DNA from: Anaerolineales bacterium
GTDB taxonomy: Bacteria > Chloroflexota > Anaerolineae > Anaerolineales > UBA11579
Assembly (NCBI GenBank): GCA_037383445.1
Contig: JARROY010000013.1
Location: 1-44,016 of the forward strand
Direction: 5' to 3'
DNA: 44,016 bases
The notes under the pieces are model-generated. The model was given only the letters and a program-made list of their open reading frames with translations. It had not been told where the DNA came from and did not search any database. How positions within the stretch are numbered: position 1 is the stretch's first letter; each line of letters opens with the position of its first letter. Shown here piece after piece: positions 7,989-16,953 of this stretch. Position numbers and translations under genes: made by a program.

Positions 7989-9539
7989 TTGAGGCGATAC
8001 CTGTATTTTTCTGTTTTTTCATCTGGTTTGGTCACTCTAACCGTGGAGCTAAGCGCGTCCAGGCTTTTAGGTAATGTGTTTGGCACCAGCAATCTGGTTT
8101 GGGCAAGTATTATCGGACTGATTTTGATTTACCTAACAGCTGGTTATTTTTTAGGCGGTAAGTTGGCAGATCGGCGGCCTCATCCGCAGGTATTTTTCTC
8201 GGTAATGTTGTGGGGAGCTTTCACGGCCGGGGTTGTCCCTCTTGTTTCCCGACCTTTGCTGCGGGCGGCAGCCACGGCATTTGACCAGCTTCAAATGGGA
8301 GATCTAATCGGATCATTTGTGGTGGTAATGGTGTTGTTTATCATCCCGGTCACACTTCTAGGGATGGTTTCTCCATTCGCCATCCGGTTGGCAATTACAA
8401 AACCTGAAGAAGCAGGGGGGATATCCGGCAGGATCTATGCCATCTCAACCTTGGGGTCGTTTATCGGCACTTTTTTGCCTGTCCTATTGTTGATTCCGCT
8501 TTTAGGAACGACAAATACCTTTATCACCGCCAGTCTGTATTTGATGATAGTTGCCCTGGTGGGCTTGGGCAAAAGTGAAGGCTGGAAAAAGGTGCTGGTG
8601 TGGTTGTGGATGCCGGCTTTGCTGGCGTTATTTGCTGTGCTTTGGGCAAGCGGGGCGTTGAAAAATACCCCTGGTCAAGTTTTTGAAGCTGAATCGGCAT
8701 ACAATTATATTGAGGTGATCCAGGAGAACGGCTATACCATGCTGCGCTTGAACGATGGGCAGGGGGTTCATTCCATCTATCACCCTGACGATTTGGATTA
8801 CGGCGGCCCTTGGGAACAATTCCTGGCCGGACCATTTTATTACCCCGGTCAGCGTCCAGAAGATGTAAAAAGGATTGCCATTATAGGTTTAGCAGCCGGC
8901 ACAACCGCTCGGCAGGCAACGGAAGTCTTCGGAGCGGTGCCGATTGATGGTTATGAAATTGACCCTTCGATTATCGAGATCGGTCGAGAATATTTTGGCA
9001 TGACGATGCCAAACCTAAATGCCTACGCGGTGGATGGCCGCTGGGGTTTGTACACCAGCGAAAGGCAATACACCCTGATCGGGGTCGACGCCTACCGTCC
9101 CCCGTATATTCCCTGGCATCTGACGACTCAAGAATTCTTCCAGCTTACAAAAGACCACCTGACAGAGAATGGTGTCTTGGTGATCAATGTCGGGCGCACA
9201 CCAACCGACCGGAGTTTGATCGATGCTCTGGTTACCACTTTAAGGACAGTTTTCCCAAGTGTCCATGTTATGGATGTCCCAAACTCGTTGAACTCGATGG
9301 TCTATGCCACAGTGGTTCCCACCACTTTTGAGGATATAGTCCGCAATTACGCTGCTATGAGGGATGATCCTGATATCCATCCGCTGCTGTTAACAGCAAT
9401 GGAAAGAGTAATCCTTAATGACCAACCAATCCCTGGGGCTACAATAGTTTTCACCGACGATAAAGCACCCGTTGAGTGGGTGGTCAATAAAATGGTTTTA
9501 GATTTTATATTTACCGGAGAATATGAGGTGCTGCAATGA
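7989..9539 (+). CDS. Polytopic membrane protein fused to a spermidine-synthase-like (aminopropyltransferase-fold) domain
   Basis: 516 aa with a TTG start after a strong RBS. The N-terminal half holds about 7 TM helices. The C-terminal half has the class-I MTase/spermidine-synthase pattern IAIIGLAAGTTARQ...GYEIDPSIIEIGREYF...IGVDAY. Confidence 0.75.
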   Translation: MRRYLYFSVFSSGLVTLTVELSASRLLGNVFGTSNLVWASIIGLILIYLTAGYFLGGKLADRRPHPQVFFSVMLWGAFTAGVVPLVSRPLLRAAATAFDQLQMGDLIGSFVVVMVLFIIPVTLLGMVSPFAIRLAITKPEEAGGISGRIYAISTLGSFIGTFLPVLLLIPLLGTTNTFITASLYLMIVALVGLGKSEGWKKVLVWLWMPALLALFAVLWASGALKNTPGQVFEAESAYNYIEVIQENGYTMLRLNDGQGVHSIYHPDDLDYGGPWEQFLAGPFYYPGQRPEDVKRIAIIGLAAGTTARQATEVFGAVPIDGYEIDPSIIEIGREYFGMTMPNLNAYAVDGRWGLYTSERQYTLIGVDAYRPPYIPWHLTTQEFFQLTKDHLTENGVLVINVGRTPTDRSLIDALVTTLRTVFPSVHVMDVPNSLNSMVYATVVPTTFEDIVRNYAAMRDDPDIHPLLLTAMERVILNDQPIPGATIVFTDDKAPVEWVVNKMVLDFIFTGEYEVLQ

Positions 9540-10204
9540 TTGAATCCCCAGGATTGAAGAAATTCGTACAGGTTGTAGTTGCTGTGGTGGTATTTCTCTT
9601 ATTGATATTAACTGGCATCCGTTTGCTGCTTACCGAGACTTTTGTTCGATTCGAATATAACCAAGATAGCTTCCCGGCTGATCCCTACGGTATGACGAAA
9701 GAAGAGCGCCTGAAATATGCCCCGATTGCGTTAGAATTTTTGCTGAATGGGGCTGAAGACTCCTTTTTAGGCGATTTAAAATTTGACGATGGCACCATTT
9801 TGTATAATGAGCGTGAATTGAGTCACATGGTAGATGTACAAGCCCTGACGCAAGTATTTTTAAAAGTCTGGTATGTCAGTGCCGCAGGCTTTTTAGTGAT
9901 ATGGGTTTGGGCTTGGCGCGGAAATTGGCTGGATGAATTTCGTAGGATGCTCTCTGTGGCGGGATTAAGCACTATTGTTGTGCTCGGAACCTTGATCTTG
10001 CTCATGCTGCTTTCCTTTGACATGATCTTTGTCGGGTTTCACCGAATATTCTTCCAAGGAGACACCTGGTTGTTCCTGTATTCCGATACTTTGATTCGAC
10101 TATTCCCTGAGAAATTCTGGCGGGACGCTTTCATTCTTGTGGGCGCGTTTTCTTTCCTCGGCGGAATAACGCTGTGGCTGGGACTGAGGAAGAAGTCTTC
10201 TTGA
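9536..10204 (+). CDS. TIGR01906/DUF1461 integral membrane protein (Lit-like family)
   Basis: 222 aa with 4 TM helices and the family-like FHRIFFQGDTWLF motif. Its start overlaps the upstream stop (ATGA), suggesting translational coupling. Confidence 0.65.
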   Translation: MIESPGLKKFVQVVVAVVVFLLLILTGIRLLLTETFVRFEYNQDSFPADPYGMTKEERLKYAPIALEFLLNGAEDSFLGDLKFDDGTILYNERELSHMVDVQALTQVFLKVWYVSAAGFLVIWVWAWRGNWLDEFRRMLSVAGLSTIVVLGTLILLMLLSFDMIFVGFHRIFFQGDTWLFLYSDTLIRLFPEKFWRDAFILVGAFSFLGGITLWLGLRKKSS

Positions 10205-10263
10205 AATAAGCGCTATAAATGCTGTATTGATTTTCACCCAATCATCGATTCCCCTAGAAAAAT

Positions 10264-10300
10264 AAAACCACCAACTGGAGGCGACAGCTGGTGGTTTTTT
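10264..10300. terminator. Bidirectional intrinsic terminator between convergent genes
   Basis: Stem CCACCAACTG (10268-10277) pairs with CAGCTGGTGG (10285-10294) with 1 mismatch. An A-run lies on the left and a T-run at 10295-10300. Two more short hairpins follow at 10302-10317 and 10319-10336. Confidence 0.7.
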
Positions 10301-10361
10301 ACTGGAGAAAGCTCCAGCGCTTGCCATTCGGCAAGCCAAGAATAAGGTAGAACTGAGGGCG

Positions 10362-10802
10362 TCAGTCCTCCTTTCCTTGCGGTTTAGAATTTTCGGTTGG
10401 TCGGTCTTTCATAATAAATGTGGGTACTTCTTCCAACCTGAAATTTTTGAGTGGACCTGTTCTCTCCATGGCTTTTGAAATCATCCGGGGGGTATCTTGC
10501 ACGAATTTGACTTCTAATCCTGCCAGAGAAATGGTATCCCCAGAATAGAGTACGCTTTTACTGACTTTTTTCCCGTTTACCGATGTGCCGCCGGTGGAGT
10601 TTAGATCAAGGAGGATGTACTGGTTATCTACCATGCGGATCTGAGCATGATTGCGCGACACCCTGGGGTCATTAAGCACAACATGGTTATCCAGCTTGCG
10701 TCCCATGTTGGTAAGCGCCCCGCTGATTTGGTACACTTCACTATTGACGATAAGGTATGCGCTTGAAGAACTTTCTAAGCTTGTAGATTTATTATCTGCC
10801 AT
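10362..10802 (-). CDS. FHA domain-containing protein
   Basis: FHA core is GRKLDNHVVLNDPRVSRNHAQIRMVDNQYILLDLNSTGGTSVNGKKV. I chose the ATG at 10802 (MADNK...) because AGGAA lies 8 nt upstream; the longer 10919 start has no support. Confidence 0.8.
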   Translation of the reverse strand: MADNKSTSLESSSSAYLIVNSEVYQISGALTNMGRKLDNHVVLNDPRVSRNHAQIRMVDNQYILLDLNSTGGTSVNGKKVSKSVLYSGDTISLAGLEVKFVQDTPRMISKAMERTGPLKNFRLEEVPTFIMKDRPTENSKPQGKED

Positions 10803-11000
10803 TTCAATGTTCCTGTTATGTGTTGATGCAAATATGGCACATCTATAGTGTGCCATAACTGTTTTTAACTGCCGTATTAATACCGTAACAAGAGTGTGAC
10901 GTGAGAATTTATCACACATTATTAGCGATGAGGAAGGACTTTAAAAGATGAGGCGCATAGTAATTGGGACGCCGTCTGTGTCCTTAACCAGGTTAGGGAT

Positions 11001-12209
11001 CTATGCCCCGAATTTGATCAATTTTCCAGCATGGCCCAACGCAAGGGGTAAGGTTTGCGTGGCATGAAACGTACCCAATCCCCCCATAGCGCAGAACCGC
11101 TCTCCAAATATTGACTGAGCATCTGGCATCCCGAACTCTGGTGACCACAGCAGGAAGGGTACCGGGTGCCAGGAATGGGATTTCATTCTTGCTGGAGTGG
11201 AGTGATCACCGGTAATCATAAGAACGTCCGGGTTGAGAGCCAGCAGATCGGGCAATGCCTGATCTACACTTTCGATGATTTTAACCTTCCCCTCAAAATT
11301 CCCATCTTCGCCCATACTGTCTGTTTTTTTGATGTGGATGAAGAAAAAATTGTGGTCTTCCCATACCTGCTTTGCCGCCGCAAATTCATCCTTGGGACTG
11401 TCTCCATCAAATTCGATAACTTTCATGCCAACCAAGTCAGAAACCCCACGGTACATCGGGTACACTGCAATGCAGCAGGCGTCTAACCCAAATGCCTGGT
11501 TGAACTGTGGCAATCCGGGGTTTGTAGCAAATCCACGCATGGTAAAGGAGTTGGCTTTTGGCTGGTCAGCGATTAACTGTCTGGCTTCTCCAGCCCATTG
11601 GCGGAATTTTTCTGCTGTTTTTTCAGCCTTTGGGTCAAGAGCTTCGATTGGTAAGGCTGGCACCCCGGTTTCTTGTGGATCTGTATCTCCAATTTCGGGG
11701 GAGAGACCTTCTCCTCGCATCAGAATAGCGAAGCGGTGTTCCTTGACCTGCTTGACGGTGATATCCACCCCCGGGACTGAAATGGTTTGTAATTTCTCTA
11801 CGATTGGTAGGGCATCCTCGTTGGAGATTCGACCTGCTCTGCGGTCCAGAATGATTCCATTGCGATCAACGGTAGCAAAATTGCACCGGACAGCAATATC
11901 GCCTAGTTTAAGACTCAGCCCTATGCCGCAAGCTTCAAGCGCTCCTCGACCGACCACATATTCAATCGGATCGTATCCAAAAAGAGATAGATGGGCAGGA
12001 CCCGATCCAGGTGTGATTCCGTGGCGGATGGGAATGGTCTGGCCCAAACTTCCTTCAGCGGCCAGTCTGTCCATGTTTGGCGTATTTGCGGCTTCTAGTT
12101 CGGTTGGTCCGCCTTTTACAATCGGTAATCCTCCCAAGCCGTCCATAACCAGCAGGACAATCTTCTTTTGGTTTTCTTCCAACAAGTCTTTCAGGTAATC
12201 AAATGGCAT
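11001..12209 (-). CDS. apgM: Cofactor-independent phosphoglycerate mutase, archaeal type (ApgM)
   Basis: 402 aa with LLVMDGLGG near the N-terminus and MITGDHSTP near the C-terminus, both metalloenzyme-superfamily motifs. Confidence 0.85.
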   Translation of the reverse strand: MPFDYLKDLLEENQKKIVLLVMDGLGGLPIVKGGPTELEAANTPNMDRLAAEGSLGQTIPIRHGITPGSGPAHLSLFGYDPIEYVVGRGALEACGIGLSLKLGDIAVRCNFATVDRNGIILDRRAGRISNEDALPIVEKLQTISVPGVDITVKQVKEHRFAILMRGEGLSPEIGDTDPQETGVPALPIEALDPKAEKTAEKFRQWAGEARQLIADQPKANSFTMRGFATNPGLPQFNQAFGLDACCIAVYPMYRGVSDLVGMKVIEFDGDSPKDEFAAAKQVWEDHNFFFIHIKKTDSMGEDGNFEGKVKIIESVDQALPDLLALNPDVLMITGDHSTPARMKSHSWHPVPFLLWSPEFGMPDAQSIFGERFCAMGGLGTFHATQTLPLALGHAGKLIKFGA

Positions 12210-12230
12210 GGTATTTCCCTTCTTTCAGGT

Positions 12231-12265
12231 AAAAAAATATCCCTGCAGATTTCTGCAGGGATATT
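12231..12265 (-). terminator. Intrinsic terminator of the ABC ATPase gene
   Basis: Perfect 13-bp stem AATATCCCTGCAG (12236-12248) / CTGCAGGGATATT (12253-12265) with a 4-nt loop. On the minus strand it is followed by a T-run (A-run 12231-12237 on the plus strand). Confidence 0.8.
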
Positions 12266-12284
12266 ATATAACTGTTTTAAAGGA

Positions 12285-13388
12285 TTAGCGGACAGCTTCC
12301 TCGGTTTCGTTGTCGAAAATATGGAAGTTTTCCATGTTGAAAGATACTTCAACATCTTGCCCGAATTGATAGTGAGAACGAGGGTCTACCCGTCCAATAT
12401 AGCCTGAGTGGTCTCCAGTGGTCAGGTAAACGAAAATCTCGTTTCCCATCAACTCGGTGACTTCTACCTTGGCTTTTACGTTTGCTGGCTTGATCCCCTG
12501 AGGCTGGAATAAGGGGTTGTGGATATCTTCTGGACGGATTCCAAAGGTAACCGATTTCCCAGCGTAGCGTTGGTACAAAGAGTTTTTGCTTTCAGGGATG
12601 GGTAGTTTGAAAGACTGTCCGTCAAAGTACAGCTTCCCATCCTCTTGAACAATATTGCCCTCAAAGAAGTTCATCGAGGGAGACCCGATGAAGCCAGCCA
12701 CGAATTTATTGGCGGGGTAATCATAAAGGTTTTGCGGGGTATCCACTTGTTGCAGAATACCTAATTTCAGTACAGCAATCCGGTCCGCCATCGTCATAGC
12801 TTCAGTCTGGTCATGGGTGACGTAGATGAAGGTGGTCTCAAGCTGCTTATGCAGTTTGCTGATCTCCGAACGAGTTTGGACGCGCAGTTTCGCATCCAAG
12901 TTAGAGAGAGGCTCGTCGAGCAGGAAGACATTCGGTTCCCGCACAATTGCCCGGCCGAGGGCGACACGCTGACGCTGACCGCCAGAAAGCTGGCGCGGTT
13001 TCCTGTCGAGCAGTTCTTCAATTCCTAGGATTTGAGCGGCATCGTTTACCCGGCGTTTGATCTCCTCCTTGTCCATTTTGCGGAGCTTTAGACCGAAGGC
13101 CATATTGTCGAAAACAGACATATGAGGATAAAGAGCGTAGGATTGAAAGACCATGGCAATATCACGGTCTTTCGGGGGAATATCGTTCACTACCCTGTCT
13201 CCGATTTTGATCTGACCTTCGGAGATCTCTTCCAGCCCTGCCAGACATCTCAGAGCTGTTGACTTACCACAACCTGAAGGACCAACAAGGACAAGGAATT
13301 CTTTATCCTTGATGTCGATGTTCAAGTCGTTTACAGCGACCACGTCGCCAAATCTTTTGTAGACATGATCATACGTTACACTTGCCAT
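12285..13388 (-). CDS. Carbohydrate-type ABC transporter ATP-binding protein (MalK/UgpC/MsmX family)
   Basis: Walker A GPSGCGKST, signature LSGGQRQR, Walker B FLLDEPLS, and a C-terminal TOBE-like regulatory domain. No permease or binding-protein genes are adjacent. Confidence 0.9.
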   Translation of the reverse strand: MASVTYDHVYKRFGDVVAVNDLNIDIKDKEFLVLVGPSGCGKSTALRCLAGLEEISEGQIKIGDRVVNDIPPKDRDIAMVFQSYALYPHMSVFDNMAFGLKLRKMDKEEIKRRVNDAAQILGIEELLDRKPRQLSGGQRQRVALGRAIVREPNVFLLDEPLSNLDAKLRVQTRSEISKLHKQLETTFIYVTHDQTEAMTMADRIAVLKLGILQQVDTPQNLYDYPANKFVAGFIGSPSMNFFEGNIVQEDGKLYFDGQSFKLPIPESKNSLYQRYAGKSVTFGIRPEDIHNPLFQPQGIKPANVKAKVEVTELMGNEIFVYLTTGDHSGYIGRVDPRSHYQFGQDVEVSFNMENFHIFDNETEEAVR

Positions 13389-13567
13389 AATCTTTTACCT
13401 CGCTTTCGTCGCATGTATAGTGATTTGATTATACCGTATTTGGATGATTTAATAAATATTTTTATCCAAGTTTCACCCGTAAATAGAAATTGAAACCAAA
13501 ACATCAACGGTAGATAAACAGGTTGTGAATTCGAGCGTTCAAAATCGGAAGATTCCTTACTTAATCC

Positions 13568-13596
13568 TTGCTCAAATCCAGACGACATCTTAGAAT
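13568..13596 (+). promoter_or_regulatory. Candidate promoter giving a leaderless mutS mRNA
   Basis: TTGCTC (13568-13573), a 17-nt spacer, then TAGAAT (13591-13596). The ATG at 13603 is only 6 nt downstream and no SD is present. Confidence 0.45.
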
Positions 13597-13602
13597 GGTG
13601 TT

Positions 13603-14148
13603 ATGTCCGATTCCTCTTCCTCGAAAATCAGCCCAGTAAGGCAGCAATATCTTGATATTAAAGCCAAGCATAAAAATGCGATTCTATTCTTCCGCCTGGG
13701 GGACTTTTATGAAACTTTTGATGATGACGCGGAACTCGTCTCCAAAGAACTGGATATTGTCCTGACTTCACGTAATGTGGCGAAGGGGGTGCGGGTTCCC
13801 ATGGCAGGAATCCCCCACCATGCAATGGAAAATTACCTTTCACGACTGATTGAAAAGGGATATCATGCAGCAATCTGTGATCAAATTGGTGACGAGCCGA
13901 TTAACGGGCTGATGCCCAGAGAAGTTGTGCGGATTATCACTCCAGGGACGATCGTTGAGCCGGGATTATTACCAGGAGATCGAAACAACTACCTCGTTGC
14001 CATCGTGATTGAAGAGTCGCATGCAGGCATCGCCTACGTCGATATCACTACGGGGGAATTTGGCACGACGGAAGTCACTGGCCAGGATATCTGGAATACG
14101 GTTCGAGCAGAGTTAAACCGCCTAAGGCCGGCGGAAATATTGGGCTAG
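13603..14148 (+). CDS. mutS: DNA mismatch repair protein MutS, N-terminal fragment (mismatch-binding domain)
   Basis: Motifs QQYLDIKAKH, FFRLGDFYETFDDDA (the Phe-x-Glu mismatch motif) and MAGIPHH. It ends ...LNRLRPAEILG followed by TAG. Confidence 0.9.
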   Translation: MSDSSSSKISPVRQQYLDIKAKHKNAILFFRLGDFYETFDDDAELVSKELDIVLTSRNVAKGVRVPMAGIPHHAMENYLSRLIEKGYHAAICDQIGDEPINGLMPREVVRIITPGTIVEPGLLPGDRNNYLVAIVIEESHAGIAYVDITTGEFGTTEVTGQDIWNTVRAELNRLRPAEILG

Positions 14149-14201
14149 TTGGGTTTGGGCTCAGGGGACACTCTCTGGCAGTTCGGTCGGCTGGAGGAAT
14201 A

Positions 14202-16094
14202 TTGCAGTATCTGCGTGAAACTCAACCTGCTGCCCTCAATTTACTAAAAAACCTCAGTTTTTACAGCCTGGACGAGTTTATGGTGCTGGATGCAAACACG
14301 CGTCGTAACCTCGAATTGATAGAAACACTCAGAGATGGTCGAGTAAAGGGTTCTTTGTTGGGTGTGCTGGATAAGACCATATCACCCATGGGTGCCAGAT
14401 TATTGGGCCAGTGGGTCAGCCGCCCGCTGCTGGATGTGGAGGCGATTTCTTCAAGACAGGCTGGTGTGACCTATTTTTATGAAGATGGTTTGGGGCGTGC
14501 TGAGGTGCGCTCTGTGTTAAAGCCTTTGAATGACCTGGAACGGTTGACGAACCGGGTGGTAGGTGGAACGGCCCAGCCGCGCGATTTGGTGGCCATTCGA
14601 GAAACATTAGCCCAAATCCCTACTTTATTTGGACTTATTGAATCAAATGGCGGCACTCTGGATAATTTGTTGAGCAGATTTTCTCTCTGTGAGGATGAGC
14701 TCATTTTGCTGCAAACAGCCCTGGCAGATGATCCACCCGCAACCCTGCAAAATACTGGGATTTTCCGGACAGGATATTCAGAAGAACTGGATTCGGTGCT
14801 GGAGAGTTCGGAGTTTGCCCGAACGTGGATTGCAGGTCTGGAAAAGGTGGAACGAGAAAGGCTGGGGATAAAATCCCTCAAAGTTGGCTACAACAAGGTT
14901 CATGGGTACTACATTGAGGTAACCAAAACCAATACCGATGCTGTACCTGATAACTATATTCGTAAACAAACCTTGGTCAATGCAGAACGTTACATCACTC
15001 CGGAAATGAAAGATTATGAAGCCCAGGTGATGCATGCGGAAGAAAGAATCCATGAGATCGAATTGAGGTTGTTTAAGGAACTTTGTGGTTCGATAGCCCA
15101 TTCAGCTAATCGTTTGCTGTCAACCTCAAGGGTGATTGCTGAAATTGATGTTTTGAGCACGCTGGCTGAGGTTGCGGCTGTGCAGGGATACAGCTGCCCT
15201 AAGGTAGTGGCAGAGGATGTAATGGATATCCGGGACAGCCGCCATCCCGTGGTTGAGCATACCTTGAGGAGCGGGGAACGTTTTGTGCCCAATGATGTTA
15301 TCTTTGAAGAAGGCGAGCGGATTCGAATAATCACTGGGCCAAATATGAGCGGTAAATCGACATATCTGCGTCAGGTGGCATTGATCGCACTGCTGGCTCA
15401 GATGGGCAGCTATGTACCCGCTGCAGAAGCAAAAATTGGATTAGTTGACCGGATATTCACCCGGATTGGCGCCCAGGATGAGATCCACGCAGGGCAGTCC
15501 ACCTTTATGGTGGAAATGGTTGAAACTGCCAATATCCTCAACCATGCCACTGGCAGGAGCTTATTGATCTTGGATGAGATTGGAAGAGGGACCAGCACCT
15601 ATGATGGGGTTTCAATTGCCTGGTCAGTTGTCGAGTATCTTCACAACCATCCAAACCTGAGACCAAAAACATTGTTTGCCACGCATTACCATGAATTAAC
15701 CCAGCTCGCTGATCTTTTACCCGGGGTTCGCAACTACAATGTGGCAGTCAGCGAAGCGGATAATAAAGTTGTATTTTTACATAAGATTGTGCCAGGCGGT
15801 GCAGACCGGTCGTATGGCATCCATGTTGGTCAATTAGCTGGCCTGCCGCGACCCGTGGTGCAGCGCGCTCAGGAAATTCTGATGCAGTTGGAAGCATCAT
15901 CTGGGAGTGCCATCAAGATCAATCCAAACGCCCCCAAACAGATTGCATTATTCCCGGAAACGAACCCCTTGATCGAAGAACTGGAAAAGATCGATATCAA
16001 CGCCTTAAGTCCAATGGAGGCTCTCAACAAACTGTATGAATGGCAGCGGCGATTCCTCGAAGAAAAAACTAAAAAAGGGTCTCAATCATCGTGA
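14202..16094 (+). CDS. mutS: DNA mismatch repair protein MutS, C-terminal fragment (end of connector, core, clamp, ATPase, C-terminal domain)
   Basis: Motifs DANTRRNLEL, Walker A GPNMSGKST, DEIGRGTSTYDG and THYHEL. MutS-like sequence in this frame already begins at 14145 (LVGFGLRGHSLAVRSAGGILQYLRETQ), upstream of the first start codon. Confidence 0.9.
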   Translation: MQYLRETQPAALNLLKNLSFYSLDEFMVLDANTRRNLELIETLRDGRVKGSLLGVLDKTISPMGARLLGQWVSRPLLDVEAISSRQAGVTYFYEDGLGRAEVRSVLKPLNDLERLTNRVVGGTAQPRDLVAIRETLAQIPTLFGLIESNGGTLDNLLSRFSLCEDELILLQTALADDPPATLQNTGIFRTGYSEELDSVLESSEFARTWIAGLEKVERERLGIKSLKVGYNKVHGYYIEVTKTNTDAVPDNYIRKQTLVNAERYITPEMKDYEAQVMHAEERIHEIELRLFKELCGSIAHSANRLLSTSRVIAEIDVLSTLAEVAAVQGYSCPKVVAEDVMDIRDSRHPVVEHTLRSGERFVPNDVIFEEGERIRIITGPNMSGKSTYLRQVALIALLAQMGSYVPAAEAKIGLVDRIFTRIGAQDEIHAGQSTFMVEMVETANILNHATGRSLLILDEIGRGTSTYDGVSIAWSVVEYLHNHPNLRPKTLFATHYHELTQLADLLPGVRNYNVAVSEADNKVVFLHKIVPGGADRSYGIHVGQLAGLPRPVVQRAQEILMQLEASSGSAIKINPNAPKQIALFPETNPLIEELEKIDINALSPMEALNKLYEWQRRFLEEKTKKGSQSS

Positions 16095-16948
16095 CTAAAT
16101 TTGGCGGCCAGAGTATGGTTGGGCGTTTACGTAGAGTGTTGGTGCGCAAACCTGATCAAAACTTTGGTGATGCTGACCCTGCTCAATGGCATTACACGCA
16201 ACGCCCTAATCTTTCAAAAGCTGCACGGGAACATGACCGGCTTGTTCAGATTCTGGCAGATTTTGGTGCTGAGATAATTTTCCACGAAGAACCCCTTCCG
16301 CACCATGCGGATGCAGTTTTTGTTCACGACCCTGTTCTGATTTGCGACCGAGGAGCCGTGATCCTTAAAATGGGAAAAAATCTTCGGCGGGGAGAGGAAG
16401 ACGCTATTGCCAAAAGCCTGCAAAAAGCGGGGGTTCCGGTTCACTATCGAATGGAAGGAGATGCCCAGTGTGAGGGTGGGGATCTGCTTTGGTTGGACGA
16501 TGAAACCCTCGCGGTTGGATTGGGCTACCGGACGAATTTAGAAGGTTTCAGGCAGCTAGGTTTGGCTTTACCAGGCGTTGAGTTAATCCCTGTTCAACTT
16601 CCACATTACCGTGGACCGGATGCCTGTTTGCATCTCATGTCCACCATCAGCATTGTGGATAGTGATCTCGCAGTGGTTTACCGTCCTTTGACATCGGTAG
16701 TGTTTTTGCAGGAGTTAATTCGAAGAGGATTTGAGTTGGTGGATGTTCCCGAAGAGGAGTTTGAGCGTATGGGGCCAAATGTTTTGGCGTTGAGTCCCAG
16801 AGAATGTGTCATGCTGGAGGGGAGCCCAAGTACTACCAAGCGGTTGGAATCTGCTGGGTGTCATGTGACAACCTATAATGGGGAGCAGCTTTCTTGGGTA
16901 GCAGAAGGTGGGCCGACGTGCCTGACTCGACCAATTTTACGAGGATGA
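16091..16948 (+). CDS. Amidinotransferase-superfamily enzyme (dimethylarginine dimethylaminohydrolase / arginine-deiminase-like)
   Basis: 285 aa with a C-terminal catalytic-Cys context GGPTCLTRPI and a DDAH-like layout. An alternative start is ATG 16115 (MVGRLRRVLVRKP). Confidence 0.7.
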   Translation: MTKFGGQSMVGRLRRVLVRKPDQNFGDADPAQWHYTQRPNLSKAAREHDRLVQILADFGAEIIFHEEPLPHHADAVFVHDPVLICDRGAVILKMGKNLRRGEEDAIAKSLQKAGVPVHYRMEGDAQCEGGDLLWLDDETLAVGLGYRTNLEGFRQLGLALPGVELIPVQLPHYRGPDACLHLMSTISIVDSDLAVVYRPLTSVVFLQELIRRGFELVDVPEEEFERMGPNVLALSPRECVMLEGSPSTTKRLESAGCHVTTYNGEQLSWVAEGGPTCLTRPILRG

Positions 16949-16953
16949 GACCT

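Larger units (their letters stand above)
13603..16094 (+). pseudogene. mutS: mutS, disrupted by an internal deletion plus frameshift
   Basis: Two consecutive ORFs in different frames cover MutS domain I and domains II(end)-V. The junction is at about 14143-14145. See findings. Confidence 0.7.

Noticed and set aside
11275-12198. A 307-aa ORF on the plus strand.
   Set aside because: It lies entirely antisense to the well-supported apgM gene. Its composition is low-complexity and Ser/Pro/Ala-rich, typical of a shadow ORF. It has no RBS and no recognisable family.
14146-14148. Possible stop-codon readthrough or recoding (TAG in mutS, TAA before alaS) as an alternative to pseudogenisation.
   Set aside because: Reading through the mutS TAG gives LGLGSGDTLWQFGRLEEYCSICVK..., which has no MutS similarity, while the MutS sequence continues in a different frame. 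Reading through the alaS TAA would still not restore the missing N-terminal helix. All other genes terminate normally at TAA, TAG or TGA.
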